NCBI GenBank assembly: GCA_009377395.1
Contig: WHUB01000008.1
Coordinates: forward strand, 20,972-84,971
DNA from: Actinophytocola sp.
GTDB lineage: Bacteria; Actinomycetota; Actinomycetes; Mycobacteriales; Pseudonocardiaceae
Length of the DNA: 64,000 nt
Direction: 5' to 3'
This document shows positions 9,319 to 19,161 of the stretch, piece by piece. The stretch's first letter is position 1; every line of letters begins with the position of its first letter. The notes under the pieces are model-generated. The model ran no database searches. It was not told the origin of the DNA and saw only the letters and a list, made by a program, of their open reading frames with translations. The position numbers were made by a program, and so were the translations under genes.

Positions 9319-10029
9319 TTGACCAAGCGGGAGCGGGGCGGCTTCTGGGTCGGCTTCACTGCGGCGATCTTCTACCCCCTCAGCTGGCTTGCCGGGCACC
9401 GATACCGCAACGTGGACCGGGTGCCGCGCCAGGGCGGCGCGCTGCTCGTGCTCAACCACGTCTCGCACTTCGACCCGGTCGTCGACGCGGTGTTCGTGCA
9501 CCGGCAGCGCCGGGTACCCCGGTTCATGGCCAAGGCGAGCCTGTTCACCGTCCCGGTGTTCAAGCGGATCCTCTACGGCTCCGGCGGCATACCGGTGTAC
9601 CGGAACACGACCAGCGCCGGTGACGCGCTGCGGGAGGCGCACCGCACGCTGCGCGAGGGCAAGATTGTCGTGATCTACCCGGAGGGCACCATCAGCAAGG
9701 ACCCCGACGGCTGGATGAAGCACTCTTACACCGGGGTGGCGCGGCTGGCGCTCGAGAACGACGTCCCGGTGATCCCGATCGCGCGCTGGGGCACGAACCT
9801 CGTGTTCGACGGCTACAACAAGAAGTTCCGGCCGTTACCCCGCAAGACGGTCGAGTACCACATCGGTGAGCCGATCGACCTCGGCAAGCACCGCGCGCTG
9901 CCGCAGGACGGGCCGCTCCGGCGTGAGGTCACGGACCTGATCACCGGCGAGGTCACCGCGCTGCTGGCCGAGCTCAGGGGCGAGCGGCCACCCGCGGCCG
10001 AGCCAGGAACGAAGGCGGACGATGCCTGA
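9319..10029 (+). CDS. lysophospholipid / 1-acyl-sn-glycerol-3-phosphate acyltransferase family protein
   Basis: TTG start with GGAGG upstream. HX4D motif [11 protein letters not shown], plus FMAKASLF and [10 protein letters not shown] blocks. Confidence 0.85.
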   Translation: MTKRERGGFWVGFTAAIFYPLSWLAGHRYRNVDRVPRQGGALLVLNHVSHFDPVVDAVFVHRQRRVPRFMAKASLFTVPVFKRILYGSGGIPVYRNTTSAGDALREAHRTLREGKIVVIYPEGTISKDPDGWMKHSYTGVARLALENDVPVIPIARWGTNLVFDGYNKKFRPLPRKTVEYHIGEPIDLGKHRALPQDGPLRREVTDLITGEVTALLAELRGERPPAAEPGTKADDA

Positions 10030-11050
10030 GACAGCGGGGCCGACGCCACAACGGATCACGGTGCTCGGCGCCGGGTCGTGGGGCACCACCTTCGCCAAGC
10101 TGCTCGCCGACGCGGGCCGGGACGTCACCCTCTGGGCGCGCCGGGCGGAGGTCGCCGAGGAGATCACCACCAAGCACACCAACTCCGCCTACCTGCGCGA
10201 CGTAGTGCTGCCGGAGCGAGTGCGCGCGACGAGCGACGCGGCGGCGGGCCTCGACGGTGCCGAGGCCGTCGTGCTGGCGGTGCCGAGCCAGTCGCTGCGG
10301 GCGAACCTCACCGCCTGGCTGCCGGTGCTGCCGGCCGGCGTGCCGCTGGTCAGCCTCGCCAAGGGCGTCGAACTGGGCACGATGGAGCGGATGAGCGAGG
10401 TCGTCGTCGAGGTCACCGGCGTGCCGGCGGATCAGGTCGTGGTGGTGTCGGGGCCGAACCTCGCCGTCGAGATCGCCGCCGAGCAGCCGTCGGCCGCCGT
10501 CGTCGCCTGCGTCGACCACGACCGGGCGGTGGCGATCCAGCGCGCTAGCTCCGGCCCGTACTTCCGGCCCTACACCAACGTCGACGTCGTCGGCTGCGAG
10601 CTGGCGGGGGCGTGCAAGAACGTGATCGCGCTGAGCTGCGGCATGGCGGCCGGGCTCGGCTACGGCGCGAACACCATGGCCACGCTCATCACGCGCGGGC
10701 TCGCCGAGATGGCCCGGCTCGGCGGCAAGCTCGGCGCCGACCCGCTGACCTTCGCCGGGCTCGCCGGGGTCGGCGACCTGGTCGCCACCTGCACCTCGCC
10801 GCTGTCGCGCAACCGCAGCTTCGGCGAGCGGCTCGGCAAGGGAGACACGGTCGCGCAGGCGCAGGACGCCACCGGCGGGCAGGTGGCCGAGGGCGTGAAG
10901 TCCTGCTCGTCCATCAGGGAGCTGGCGCTGGCGCACGGGGTCGACATGCCGCTGACCGACGCGATGCATCGGGTCTGTCATGCCGGGGTCTCGCCGCGCA
11001 GCCTCGTCGGTGAGCTGCTCGACCGCGCCAAGAAGTCCGAGTGGGGTTAG
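10022..11050 (+). CDS. gpsA: NAD(P)H-dependent glycerol-3-phosphate dehydrogenase
   Basis: [30 protein letters not shown]...[20 protein letters not shown]...[13 protein letters not shown]-like blocks. 8-nt overlap with the preceding acyltransferase gene. Confidence 0.93.
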   Translation: MPETAGPTPQRITVLGAGSWGTTFAKLLADAGRDVTLWARRAEVAEEITTKHTNSAYLRDVVLPERVRATSDAAAGLDGAEAVVLAVPSQSLRANLTAWLPVLPAGVPLVSLAKGVELGTMERMSEVVVEVTGVPADQVVVVSGPNLAVEIAAEQPSAAVVACVDHDRAVAIQRASSGPYFRPYTNVDVVGCELAGACKNVIALSCGMAAGLGYGANTMATLITRGLAEMARLGGKLGADPLTFAGLAGVGDLVATCTSPLSRNRSFGERLGKGDTVAQAQDATGGQVAEGVKSCSSIRELALAHGVDMPLTDAMHRVCHAGVSPRSLVGELLDRAKKSEWG

Positions 11051-11056
11051 CTCTGG

Positions 11057-12520
11057 CTAGTTCTGGCAGAACAGGCCGACGCAGTTCCTGGTGAGCGCCA
11101 GCTCGGTGGCGAGCTTGAGCCTCGTCGTGAGGTAGCCGGGGTCGTTGTGCAGCGACCGCAGCTGGTGCGGGTCGCGGAGCAGGTCGTACAGCTCCACCTC
11201 GCCGGTCAGGTACTCCACGTACAGGTAGCGCGAGTCGCGCAGCCCGGTGTAGAGCGGGATGCCGGTGGGCTGCCACGCCTCCACCAGCAGCGGCCGGTTC
11301 CTCGGGCCGGGGTCGCGGATCAGGTCGTAGAGCGAGATGCCGTCCAGTTGATAGGGCGCCTCGGTGTCGGTGAGGTCGAGCACGGTCGGCGCGATGTCGA
11401 TGCTCATCGACACGCGCTGCGAGATGACCCGGTCGGCGGGGATGCCGGGGCCACGGATGTAGAGCGGCGTGTCCAGTCCCTCTGTGTAGGGCAGCACCTT
11501 GCCGCCGGGTCGGCGGTGCTCACCCAGCGCGTAGCCGTTGTCCGAGGTGAAGATGATCACGGTGTTGTCGAGCTCCCCGGTGCGCCGCAGCGTGCTGACG
11601 AGGCGGCCGATGCCGCGGTCGACGGCCTGCAACGACTCCACCCGCTGCTGCCGGCTCTCCCTGATCTGGGCGGCCAGGTTCCGGCCGATCCTGGGCAGGT
11701 CCCGGATGTGGGACGGCTTGTCGGACACGTCGGCCTCGTTGAACGCAGGGGAGCGGATGTTGCCGAGGTGACGGAACGTGTCGCGGTCGCGCTCGGCGAC
11801 GTGCGGTGTCGGCAGCCGCGCCGGGTCGTCCGGGTCGGCGGGGCCGCCGTGGTGCGGGGCGACGTGCGAGAGCCACAGGAAGAACGGCTTGGGGTTGGTC
11901 GCCTGGCGGCGAACCACGCGTACCGCGATGTCGTTGAGCACGTGGGTGCCGTAGCGACCCTTGTAGGAGACGAATGGGCCGGGACGGTGGCGAATGGTGA
12001 GGTTGCGGTAGGCGTAGGTCTCCACCGTCGCCTTCCACGACGACCAGCCGGGGTCGCCCTGGGCATTGCGTGCTCCGTAGCGCTCCCGGGAGTAGCCCTC
12101 GTAGCCGTTGAGGTGCTTGCCCACCATCACGGTGTAGTACCCGGCCTGTTGCAGCCACACCGGCAGGGTCGACAGGTTGGCGCCGGTCTCGACCCATTTC
12201 CGGTATGACCCGGCCGGGTACTGGTGGTGCTGCACGCCGTGGTTGTGGGCGTAGCGGCCGGTGAGCATGGACGCGCGGGCGGGGCAGCACAGCGGATACG
12301 ACAGGAACGCCTGCGAGAACTCCGCGCCCGGGCCCTTGATCAGCCGTTGCACGTTGCGCAGGTATCGCATGTCGTCGACCCGCGCGTCGTCCACCATGAC
12401 GATGACGATGTTCGGCCGCTGCACGACGGCTCCCGCACTGGGGCCGGTGCCGGTCGAGACGCCGAAGGTGGCGATGACGAGCGTCGCGAGGACAGCGGCC
12501 ACCGTGAACCGTGTGCGCAT
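11057..12520 (-). CDS. secreted Cys-type sulfatase (arylsulfatase/N-acetylglucosamine-6-sulfatase-like)
   Basis: Signal peptide MRTRFTVAAVLATLVIATFGVSTG. PNIVIVMVDDARVDD and the formylglycine motif PLCCPARASMLTGR. Confidence 0.88.
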   Translation of the reverse strand: MRTRFTVAAVLATLVIATFGVSTGTGPSAGAVVQRPNIVIVMVDDARVDDMRYLRNVQRLIKGPGAEFSQAFLSYPLCCPARASMLTGRYAHNHGVQHHQYPAGSYRKWVETGANLSTLPVWLQQAGYYTVMVGKHLNGYEGYSRERYGARNAQGDPGWSSWKATVETYAYRNLTIRHRPGPFVSYKGRYGTHVLNDIAVRVVRRQATNPKPFFLWLSHVAPHHGGPADPDDPARLPTPHVAERDRDTFRHLGNIRSPAFNEADVSDKPSHIRDLPRIGRNLAAQIRESRQQRVESLQAVDRGIGRLVSTLRRTGELDNTVIIFTSDNGYALGEHRRPGGKVLPYTEGLDTPLYIRGPGIPADRVISQRVSMSIDIAPTVLDLTDTEAPYQLDGISLYDLIRDPGPRNRPLLVEAWQPTGIPLYTGLRDSRYLYVEYLTGEVELYDLLRDPHQLRSLHNDPGYLTTRLKLATELALTRNCVGLFCQN

Positions 12521-12785
12521 CTACCTACCCCAGCGCCAGACATAAGCTGCGAAACATCTATTTCACTCAATGCTGACATTAGGCATGGAAACGCGCAATC
12601 ACGACCGCGTCTCATTCCGTGGGCACGGCTTGACCGGGCTCGTGCGCGGCTGCTTCGCTGAGGGCATGACCGAGCGTGTGCTGTTCTCGCGGCCGGGGGT
12701 CACCCGGGCCGCCGCCACGCCGTGTCCTTGTTGTCGCCGGTGATCGACTCACGTGCCCACCGTCTTACCCAGCAAGGACTTCTCG

Positions 12786-13241
12786 ATGTTCGCCGTTCCC
12801 GACAACACCGTCGCCGCCCCTGAGAACCCGGCGCTGCGCCACCCGGTACGGGTCGCGCTGTCCTACGCAAGCGACCGCGACTCCTGGCGGCACCTGCTCC
12901 GCTACGACCCCGACGAGCGGTTCGCCGCGCTGGTCGAGCGCACCGCCGAGGACGAGATCTGGCTGCTGAGCTGGCTACCCGGCCAGCGCACCGACCTGCA
13001 CGACCACGGCGACACCAGCGGCGCGTTCACCGTGGTCAGCGGCAGGCTCACCGAGGTCGTCGCGCGGCGCGGCACCCTCGACGTCAACGAGCTGCACGTG
13101 GGGCAGTCGCGGGTGTTCGCACCCGGCTACGTCCACCAGATCAGCAACGTCGTGCCGGACCCCGCCGTCAGCATCCACGTCTACCGCTACGGCGGCCGGA
13201 CGATGCGCTACCGCGAGGACGCCGCCCGGCTCGCGACGTGA
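12786..13241 (+). CDS. cysteine dioxygenase type I-like cupin
   Basis: WLLSWLPGQRTDLHDHGDTSGAFTVVSGRLTE...FAPGYVHQISN is a cupin His-triad pattern. Start moved to ATG 12786 (AAGGA 8 nt upstream) rather than GTG 12753. Confidence 0.7.
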   Translation: MFAVPDNTVAAPENPALRHPVRVALSYASDRDSWRHLLRYDPDERFAALVERTAEDEIWLLSWLPGQRTDLHDHGDTSGAFTVVSGRLTEVVARRGTLDVNELHVGQSRVFAPGYVHQISNVVPDPAVSIHVYRYGGRTMRYREDAARLAT

Positions 13242-13855
13242 TCCGGCACCGGGAGGTCGGCGGCTGGCTCCGGTGAGCCGAACACCTGCCGCACCGGCAG
13301 CACCCCGGCCCACGCCGCGTTCGCCTCGACGTCCTCCGCGTCGTCGTCCGGGCCGGTGGCTCTGATCTTGACCGACGCCTCGTGCAGCGGCAGGGCCAGC
13401 ACGGCGACGGCGGCGAACTCCTTCGCGTTGACGCCGCGCGCGTGCTGCCACGAGCCGGGCGCGAGATGCTCGGTGACGACCCGCAGCCCGTGCAGCTTCT
13501 CCTCCCGCCCGGTGGCCGGCCGGGCGCGGCCGTGCACGACCGCGCTGCGGTAGTTCATCGAGTGGTGGTTCACGCTGCGGGCGTAGACGATGCCGTCCAC
13601 GTGGGTCACCGTCACGCACACGTCGACACCGCCCGCCGCCGCGCGCAGGCTGCGTGCGCCGGTCGACCCGTGCAGGTACAGCGTGTCGCCGTCGCGACCG
13701 TAGCCGGTCGGCAGCACCACCGGCCAGCCGTCGAGCACCAGGCCGAGGTGGCAGATCAGCCCGGTGTCGAGCACCTCGTACAGCGCGGCGCGGTCGGTGG
13801 CGGTGCGGTGCTTGGTGCGGTTCGGGGTGCTGAGCCGGGTCGGGGAGAGCGTCAT
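13208..13855 (-). CDS. pyridoxamine 5'-phosphate oxidase-family (FMN-binding split-barrel) protein
   Basis: RAALYEVLDTGLICHLGLVLDGWPVVLPTGYGRDGDTLYLHGSTGARS...SVNHHSMNYRSAVVHGRARP. Divergent from a MocR regulator. 3' end overlaps the cupin gene by 34 nt. Confidence 0.8.
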   Translation of the reverse strand: MTLSPTRLSTPNRTKHRTATDRAALYEVLDTGLICHLGLVLDGWPVVLPTGYGRDGDTLYLHGSTGARSLRAAAGGVDVCVTVTHVDGIVYARSVNHHSMNYRSAVVHGRARPATGREEKLHGLRVVTEHLAPGSWQHARGVNAKEFAAVAVLALPLHEASVKIRATGPDDDAEDVEANAAWAGVLPVRQVFGSPEPAADLPVPDHVASRAASSR

Positions 13856-13890
13856 GATTCCATCCTCATCGGCCTAGTGGCATGATGGAA
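13853..13890. promoter_or_regulatory. candidate MocR operator: TTCCATC-N19-GATGGAA inverted repeat with flanking CATGAT direct repeat
   Basis: TTCCATC at 13858..13864 and GATGGAA at 13884..13890 are reverse complements. CATGAT occurs at 13853 and 13881. Overlaps the PNPOx start codon in the 77-nt divergent gap. Confidence 0.35.
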
Positions 13891-13932
13891 CGGCCAATCA
13901 AATCGTGAACGAGAAGTCCACTCGGAGCTGGC

Positions 13933-15318
13933 ATGGCGACCCACGGCGTCGACACCGCGCTGCCGATCGCGCTCGACCGGCACGGGCGGGCGCCGCTCGC
14001 GGTGCAGCTCGCCGACGCGCTGCGGGAGGCGGCGGCGACCGGGCACCTGCGCGGCGGCGACCGGCTGCCGTCGACCCGCGCGCTGGCGGGGCGGCTTGGC
14101 GTCAGCCGGACCGTGACCTCGGCGGCGTACGAGCAGCTGCACGCCGAAGGCTGGATCGCGGGCAAGCACGGCTCCGGCACCTACGTCACGACCACGCCGC
14201 CGACTGACCGGTCGCAGCGGGGCGCCGTCCCCGAGCACGACACCGACGGCGACGACCTGCTCGCGCTGGTGCCCGGTGTGCCGTGGGCGGACGGCATCGA
14301 GCGGGCCGCGTGGCGCCGGGCGTGGCGGGCCGCCGCCGACACCCCGCCGTCACAGCAGACCGAACGGGCCGGGCTCACCGCGTACCGGGCCGCGATCGCG
14401 GAGCACCTGCTGCGCCACCGCGGCCTGATGATCGCCTCGGCGAGCGTGCTCGCCACGGCGGGCACCACCAGCGCGGTCGCCGAGCTGGCCTCGGCGCTGT
14501 TCGCGCCCGGGGACATCGTCGCCGTCGAGGAGCCCGGCTACCAGCGCGCGGTGCAGGCGTTCCTCGCCGCCGGGCTGCGGGTGTCCTGCGTGCCGGTCGA
14601 CACCGACGGCATCGTGGTCGACGCCATCCCCGCCGGGGCCAAGGCGGTCTACTGCTCCCCGGCGCACCAGTACCCGATGGGCAGCAGGATGAGCGCGACC
14701 CGGCGGGTGGCGCTGGTGGAACGCGCCCGCGCGGAGGATTTCCTGGTGGTGGAGGACGACTACGACGGCGAGCTGCGGTTCGACGTCGCGCCGCTGCCGC
14801 TGCTGGCCGGGCTCGCGCCGGACGTCGTGGTGCACCTCGGCACCACGAGCAAGATCCTCACGCCGACGCTCGGCGCGGGCTGGATGGTCGCGCCGCGCGG
14901 GGTCGCGGGCACGGTGCTGTCCTATCGCGACCGCACCGGCACCAGGCCCTCGCCAGCAGGGCAGCGGGTGTTCACCGAGTTCGCACACAGCGGCGACCTC
15001 GGCCGCCACCTGCGGCGGGTGCGCCGGGAGATGTCCGAACGGCGTCAGCTCCTCGTCGCGGCACTGCGGGAGGCCGGGATCGGCATGGTCGGTGACGACG
15101 CGGGCGCGCATCTGGTGGTGCCGCTGCGCTCGGCCGCCGAGGAGCGGGCGAAGCTGCGCGCGGCGCGGCGGCGAGGCATCGTGCTCGACGGCCTCGCCAG
15201 GCACTATGCGGACGAACCGAGCGCGCACGGTATCGCCATCGGTTACGCCGGGTGTTCCCGGAGTGAGCTGCGGAAAGCGGTGGGTGTGCTCGTCAGCGTG
15301 CTCACCGTCCAGGGGTAG
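13933..15318 (+). CDS. MocR-family (GntR wHTH + fold-type I aminotransferase-like) transcriptional regulator
   Basis: [64 protein letters not shown], followed by a ~350-aa aminotransferase-like domain (..[11 protein letters not shown].., ..[10 protein letters not shown]..). Confidence 0.88.
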   Translation: MATHGVDTALPIALDRHGRAPLAVQLADALREAAATGHLRGGDRLPSTRALAGRLGVSRTVTSAAYEQLHAEGWIAGKHGSGTYVTTTPPTDRSQRGAVPEHDTDGDDLLALVPGVPWADGIERAAWRRAWRAAADTPPSQQTERAGLTAYRAAIAEHLLRHRGLMIASASVLATAGTTSAVAELASALFAPGDIVAVEEPGYQRAVQAFLAAGLRVSCVPVDTDGIVVDAIPAGAKAVYCSPAHQYPMGSRMSATRRVALVERARAEDFLVVEDDYDGELRFDVAPLPLLAGLAPDVVVHLGTTSKILTPTLGAGWMVAPRGVAGTVLSYRDRTGTRPSPAGQRVFTEFAHSGDLGRHLRRVRREMSERRQLLVAALREAGIGMVGDDAGAHLVVPLRSAAEERAKLRAARRRGIVLDGLARHYADEPSAHGIAIGYAGCSRSELRKAVGVLVSVLTVQG

Positions 15319-15421
15319 GGTCGGCCACCATGAGGACTGCTTGCAGGTCCGAATCATCGGACACCATGCTGGCCGACTCCAGGTCAACGGCGCGGCGTGC
15401 CGCGCGCGAGGAGGGGGCCGC

Positions 15422-16522
15422 ATGAGCGAGGCACGGAAGATCCGGGTGGCGGTCGTGTTCGGCGGCCGCAGCACCGAACACACCATCTCGTGCGTCTCGG
15501 CGGGCAGCATCCTCGCCAACCTCGACCCGGAGCGGTTCGAGATCGTGCCGATCGGCATCACCCCGGACGGCGGCTGGGTGCTCGGCACCAGCGACCCGGA
15601 GCAGCTCCAGATCTCCGGCCGGACGCTGCCGTCGGTGGAGTCCGGCGACGAGCTGGTGCTCGCGGGCGACCCGACCCGCCGCGACCTGGTGATGATCGGA
15701 CCCGGCGACGAGCTGCGCACGCTGGCCGGGGTGGACGTGGTGTTTCCCGTGCTGCACGGCGCGTTCGGCGAGGACGGCACCATCCAGGGCCTGTTCGAGA
15801 TGGCCGACCTGCCCTACGTCGGCGCCGGGGTGCTCGCCAGCGCCGCCGCGATGGACAAGGTGTTCGCCAAGAAACTGCTCGCCGCCGAGGGGCTGCCGGT
15901 CGGCCGGTTCGCGGTGCTCGGACGTGGCGGTGTGACGCTGGACGAGACCGAGCGGGAACGCCTCGGGCTGCCGGTGTTCGTCAAGCCGGCCAGGGCGGGC
16001 TCGTCGATCGGCATCAGCAAGGTCACCGACTGGGCGCAGCTGGACGACGCGATCGCGCTGGCGCGAGAGACCGACCCGAAGGTGCTGATCGAGGGCGCCG
16101 TCGTCGGCCGGGAGCTCGAATGCGGCGTGCTCGAGTTTCCCGACGGCCGGGTGGAAGCCTCGCTGCCCGCCGAGATCAGGGTGCTCGGCGAGGACGACGC
16201 CGCCTGGTACGACTTCGAGACCAAGTATCTCGGCGACAGCGCCGAGCTGGACATCCCCGCGAAGCTGGACGACGACACCACCGACCGGCTGCGGGCGATG
16301 GCGGTCCAGGCGTTCGGCGCGCTGGACTGCGCCGGGCTGGCGCGGGTGGACTTCTTCGTCGGCCCCGGCGGCGAGCTGACGATCAACGAGGTCAACACCA
16401 TGCCCGGCTTCACGACCACCTCGGCGTACCCGAAGATGTGGGAGGTCACCGGCGTCGACTACCCGACGCTGCTGACCACCCTGGTCGAGACGGCGCTGAG
16501 CCGGGGCACCGGCCTGCGCTGA
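15422..16522 (+). CDS. ddl: D-alanine--D-alanine ligase
   Basis: Start at [48 protein letters not shown]...[16 protein letters not shown]...[11 protein letters not shown]. Confidence 0.95.
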   Translation: MSEARKIRVAVVFGGRSTEHTISCVSAGSILANLDPERFEIVPIGITPDGGWVLGTSDPEQLQISGRTLPSVESGDELVLAGDPTRRDLVMIGPGDELRTLAGVDVVFPVLHGAFGEDGTIQGLFEMADLPYVGAGVLASAAAMDKVFAKKLLAAEGLPVGRFAVLGRGGVTLDETERERLGLPVFVKPARAGSSIGISKVTDWAQLDDAIALARETDPKVLIEGAVVGRELECGVLEFPDGRVEASLPAEIRVLGEDDAAWYDFETKYLGDSAELDIPAKLDDDTTDRLRAMAVQAFGALDCAGLARVDFFVGPGGELTINEVNTMPGFTTTSAYPKMWEVTGVDYPTLLTTLVETALSRGTGLR

Positions 16523-16537
16523 AGGCGTGCCAAGGCC

Positions 16538-16684
16538 GAGCTGATCGGGGGCAGGGACCACAAGACGCGCTCGGCGAAGCCCTCACGATCGAGGCGGCGG
16601 GGCGTCCTTGCGACATGAACAGACGCACGGCACCAAGTGCGAGCCCCGGCGCCGCGATCGTGTCGCGCGTTGAGGAACAAACAC
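16538..16684. repeat. interspersed intergenic repeat, copy A (~147 nt), partner at 44147..44290
   Basis: The first ~71 nt (gagctgatcgggggcagggaccacaagacgcgctcggcgaagccctcacgatcgaggcggcggggcgtcc) differ from copy B by 2 substitutions and 1 indel. The 3' half shares blocks gaacagacgc / gagccccggcg / cgcgatcg / gcgttga. Lies between convergent ddl and the DUF3515 gene. Confidence 0.85.
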
Positions 16685-16688
16685 CGAG

Positions 16689-17240
16689 TCACGCCCGGGG
16701 CTTCACCGCGCGCAGCGTCCGCTCGATGGTGTCGGAGATCTGTTGCAGCGGCCCGGTGCCGCCGTCGGCGGGTACCGTCAGCGCGACGTAGACCGGGCGG
16801 TCGACCGCGTACCAGGTCGTCGCCGCCCGCTCCGGCACCGGCAGCCACTGCACGCCGTTGATCTGTCGCAGCCGGGACGTCGGGCGCAGCCCGGTCGGCC
16901 GTGGGATGCCGCAGCGCAGCACGACGGGGTTGGCCTCGCCCCAGGCGGCGGCGCCCTCCGGCGCGGGCGCGAGGAGCTTCCGCCGCGTCAGCTGCTCGTC
17001 GGCCGATTCGAGGGAGTCCGGCAGTGCGTCCACCAGGTCTCGGCACGCCGCCGAGCCCGCGTCCGGCGCGGGAGCGGCGGCGAGCGGCAGCGGGCCGGAC
17101 GGTGCGTTCGTGCCGGGCGGCGTCGCGCTGTCGCCCTGGCTGAGCCCGATGACGGCGACGGCGGCGACCAGCCCGAGACCGAGCACGGCCGCGACGACGA
17201 TCAGCGCTCGGGGCGGGGCTGCGGCATCACGTTCAGGCAC
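16689..17240 (-). CDS. DUF3515-like membrane-anchored protein
   Basis: N-terminal TM (ALIVVAAVLGLGLVAAVAVIGL), ..ACRDLVDALPDSL...VVLRCGIPRP...WYAVDRPVYVALTVP. I recall a conserved neighbour of ddl in actinobacteria. Confidence 0.75.
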   Translation of the reverse strand: MPERDAAAPPRALIVVAAVLGLGLVAAVAVIGLSQGDSATPPGTNAPSGPLPLAAAPAPDAGSAACRDLVDALPDSLESADEQLTRRKLLAPAPEGAAAWGEANPVVLRCGIPRPTGLRPTSRLRQINGVQWLPVPERAATTWYAVDRPVYVALTVPADGGTGPLQQISDTIERTLRAVKPRA

Positions 17241-17260
17241 GGTGCTACCAGATCACAGCG

Positions 17261-17494
17261 TCAGAGGTGCACCACCGGGCAGGTCAGGGTCCGTGTGATG
17301 CCGGCGACGTTCTGCACCTTCGCGACGACGAGCTGCCCGAGCTGGTCGACGTTGTCCGCCTCCGCGCGCACGATGACGTCGTAGGGCCCGGTCACGTCCT
17401 CCGAGCTGATGACGCCTGGGATCTCCGCGATGTCGGCCGCGACCGAGGCGGCCTTGCCGACTTCGGTCTGAATCAGGATGTATGCGTTGACCAC
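17261..17494 (-). CDS. small Lrp/AsnC ligand-binding (RAM) domain protein
   Basis: 77 aa VVNAYILIQTEVGKAASVAADIAEIPGVISSEDVTGPYDVIVRAEADNVDQLGQLVVAKVQNVAGITRTLT; GTG start. Confidence 0.8.
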   Translation of the reverse strand: MVNAYILIQTEVGKAASVAADIAEIPGVISSEDVTGPYDVIVRAEADNVDQLGQLVVAKVQNVAGITRTLTCPVVHL

Positions 17495-17619
17495 GGCGCG
17501 CCCTTTCGTCTGCGTCGGCGGGTTCAGTGTCCAATGTAGTGAGGCAGGATTGGCGTGGATCAGTAACCTACCGCAGCTATTGGTGACAGGCAGCGTGTCG
17601 CCAGCCCTTGGAGGTCAGC

Positions 17620-18603
17620 GTGCCATCGCAGCAGGGACCGGCCGAAGGCACCGTCGCCGAGACCGGTGAGTTCGGGTTGATCGACACGGTGACCCGGCAC
17701 CGCACCCAGCCGGGGCACACGCTGCTCGGTCCCGGTGACGACGCCGCGATCGTCGCCGCGCCGGACGGCAGGGTGGTCGCGGGCACCGATGTGCTGGTGC
17801 AGAACGTGCACTTCCGGCTCGACTGGTCCAGTCCCGCCCAGGTCGGCAGGAAGGCGGTGGCGGTGAACCTCGCCGACATCGCCGCCATGGGCGCGACGCC
17901 GACGGCGGTGCTCGTCGGGCTCGCCTGCCCGGGCGCGACCCGCACCGAGCAGGTCACCGAGCTGGCCGACGGCATGTGGGAGGAGGCGGTCCGCGCCGGG
18001 ATCGGCCTCGTCGGCGGGGACATGGTCGCGGCGGATCAGATCGTCATCAGCGTGACGGCGCTCGGTGACCTGCAGGGGCGCGCCCCGGTGCGGCGTTCCG
18101 GCGCCCGGGCGGGGGATCAGGTGGCGGTCGCGGGCAGGCTCGGCTGGGCCGCCGCCGGGCTCGCCGTGCTCGGCAGGGGGTTCCGCTCTCCGGTGACCGT
18201 GGTCAACGCGCACCGCTACCCCGAGCCGCCGTACGCGGCCGGTCCCGAGGCGGCCGAGGCGGGCGCCACGGCGATGATCGACGTCTCCGACGGGCTGCTC
18301 GCCGACCTCGGCCACCTGGCGACGGCGTCGAGCGTGGCCATCGACGTCGACTCCAACGCTCTCGTCGTCGACCAGAAGCTGATCGAGGTGTCGTCGGCGC
18401 TGGGCGCCGACCCGCTGGCGTGGGTGCTCACCGGCGGCGAGGACCACGCGCTCGCCGCGACGTTCCCCGCCGCCGAACGGGTGCCCGAGGGGTGGCTGCG
18501 GATCGGGACCGTCGCGGCGGCCCGTGACGGCGGGCCCGTTGTGACCGTCGACGGCGAGCCGTACGAAGGGCCGAGAGAGGGCTGGCAGCACTGGCGCGGC
18601 TGA
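17620..18603 (+). CDS. thiL: thiamine-monophosphate kinase
   Basis: GEFGLIDTV...LLGPGDDAAIV...DVLVQNVHFRLDW..PAQVGRKAVAVNLADIAAMGA...GGDMV. Start set to GTG 17620 (GGAGG 5 nt upstream); the track ORF begins at TTG 17608. Confidence 0.92.
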   Translation: MPSQQGPAEGTVAETGEFGLIDTVTRHRTQPGHTLLGPGDDAAIVAAPDGRVVAGTDVLVQNVHFRLDWSSPAQVGRKAVAVNLADIAAMGATPTAVLVGLACPGATRTEQVTELADGMWEEAVRAGIGLVGGDMVAADQIVISVTALGDLQGRAPVRRSGARAGDQVAVAGRLGWAAAGLAVLGRGFRSPVTVVNAHRYPEPPYAAGPEAAEAGATAMIDVSDGLLADLGHLATASSVAIDVDSNALVVDQKLIEVSSALGADPLAWVLTGGEDHALAATFPAAERVPEGWLRIGTVAAARDGGPVVTVDGEPYEGPREGWQHWRG

Positions 18604-18627
18604 AAACCGCAGGAAACGTGCCTGACG

Positions 18628-19122
18628 TTGGCGTACCCTCGTCGCGTGGAGTTCGCAGTAGTGCCCTATGACCACCCCGACGCGACGAAGCTGATCGTCG
18701 AGGTACAGCGGGAGTACGTCGTCCGCTACGGCGACGAGGACATGACGCGGGTGGAGCCGGCCGAGTTCGCGCCGCCGCGCGGCCGGTTCTTCGTCGGCTA
18801 TCTCGACGGCGCCCCGGTTGCCTGCGGGGGCTGGCGCGGCAAGGACGGCCCCGGGCCGGAGTACATGCCGGGCGACGCCGAGATCAAGCGGATGTACGTC
18901 GCCGATTCGGTGCGCGGCAACGGCTACTCCCGGGCGCTGCTCGAGGTGATCGAGCAGAGCGCGCGCGACGCGGGCAGAAAGCGGATGATCCTGGAGACCG
19001 GCACCCATCAGCCGGAGGCGATCTCGCTGTACGAGTCGTCCGGCTACCAGCCGATCCCGAACTTCGGCGTCTACCGCGACGACCCGTGCAGCCTCTGCTA
19101 CGCCAAGCCGGTCCGAGGTTAG
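18628..19122 (+). CDS. GNAT-family N-acetyltransferase
   Basis: ..FFVGYLDGAPVACGGWR...EIKRMYVADSVRGNGYSRALLEVIEQSARDAGRKRMILETGTHQPEAISLYESSGY. Start uncertain (TTG 18628 or GTG 18646). Confidence 0.85.
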   Translation: MAYPRRVEFAVVPYDHPDATKLIVEVQREYVVRYGDEDMTRVEPAEFAPPRGRFFVGYLDGAPVACGGWRGKDGPGPEYMPGDAEIKRMYVADSVRGNGYSRALLEVIEQSARDAGRKRMILETGTHQPEAISLYESSGYQPIPNFGVYRDDPCSLCYAKPVRG

Positions 19123-19158
19123 TACAACTACAGTTAGACTAACTCGAGTTATACTAAC
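19118..19158. promoter_or_regulatory. AT-rich island with three phased 11-bp boxes (consensus GTTAG-N-CTAAC) and a TATACT -10-like hexamer
   Basis: gttagtacaac (19118), gttagactaac (19133, perfect palindrome) and gttatactaac (19148). Centres are exactly 15 bp apart. TATACT at 19150..19155 ends 6 nt before the ATG at 19162 and there is no SD, so the mRNA may be leaderless. Confidence 0.55.
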
Positions 19159-19161
19159 GTC

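Noticed and set aside
17495-17619. TPP riboswitch upstream of thiL.
   Set aside because: No CUGAGA / ACCUGAUCUGGAUAAUGCCAGCG-like core is visible, and thiL is not a usual TPP-riboswitch target.
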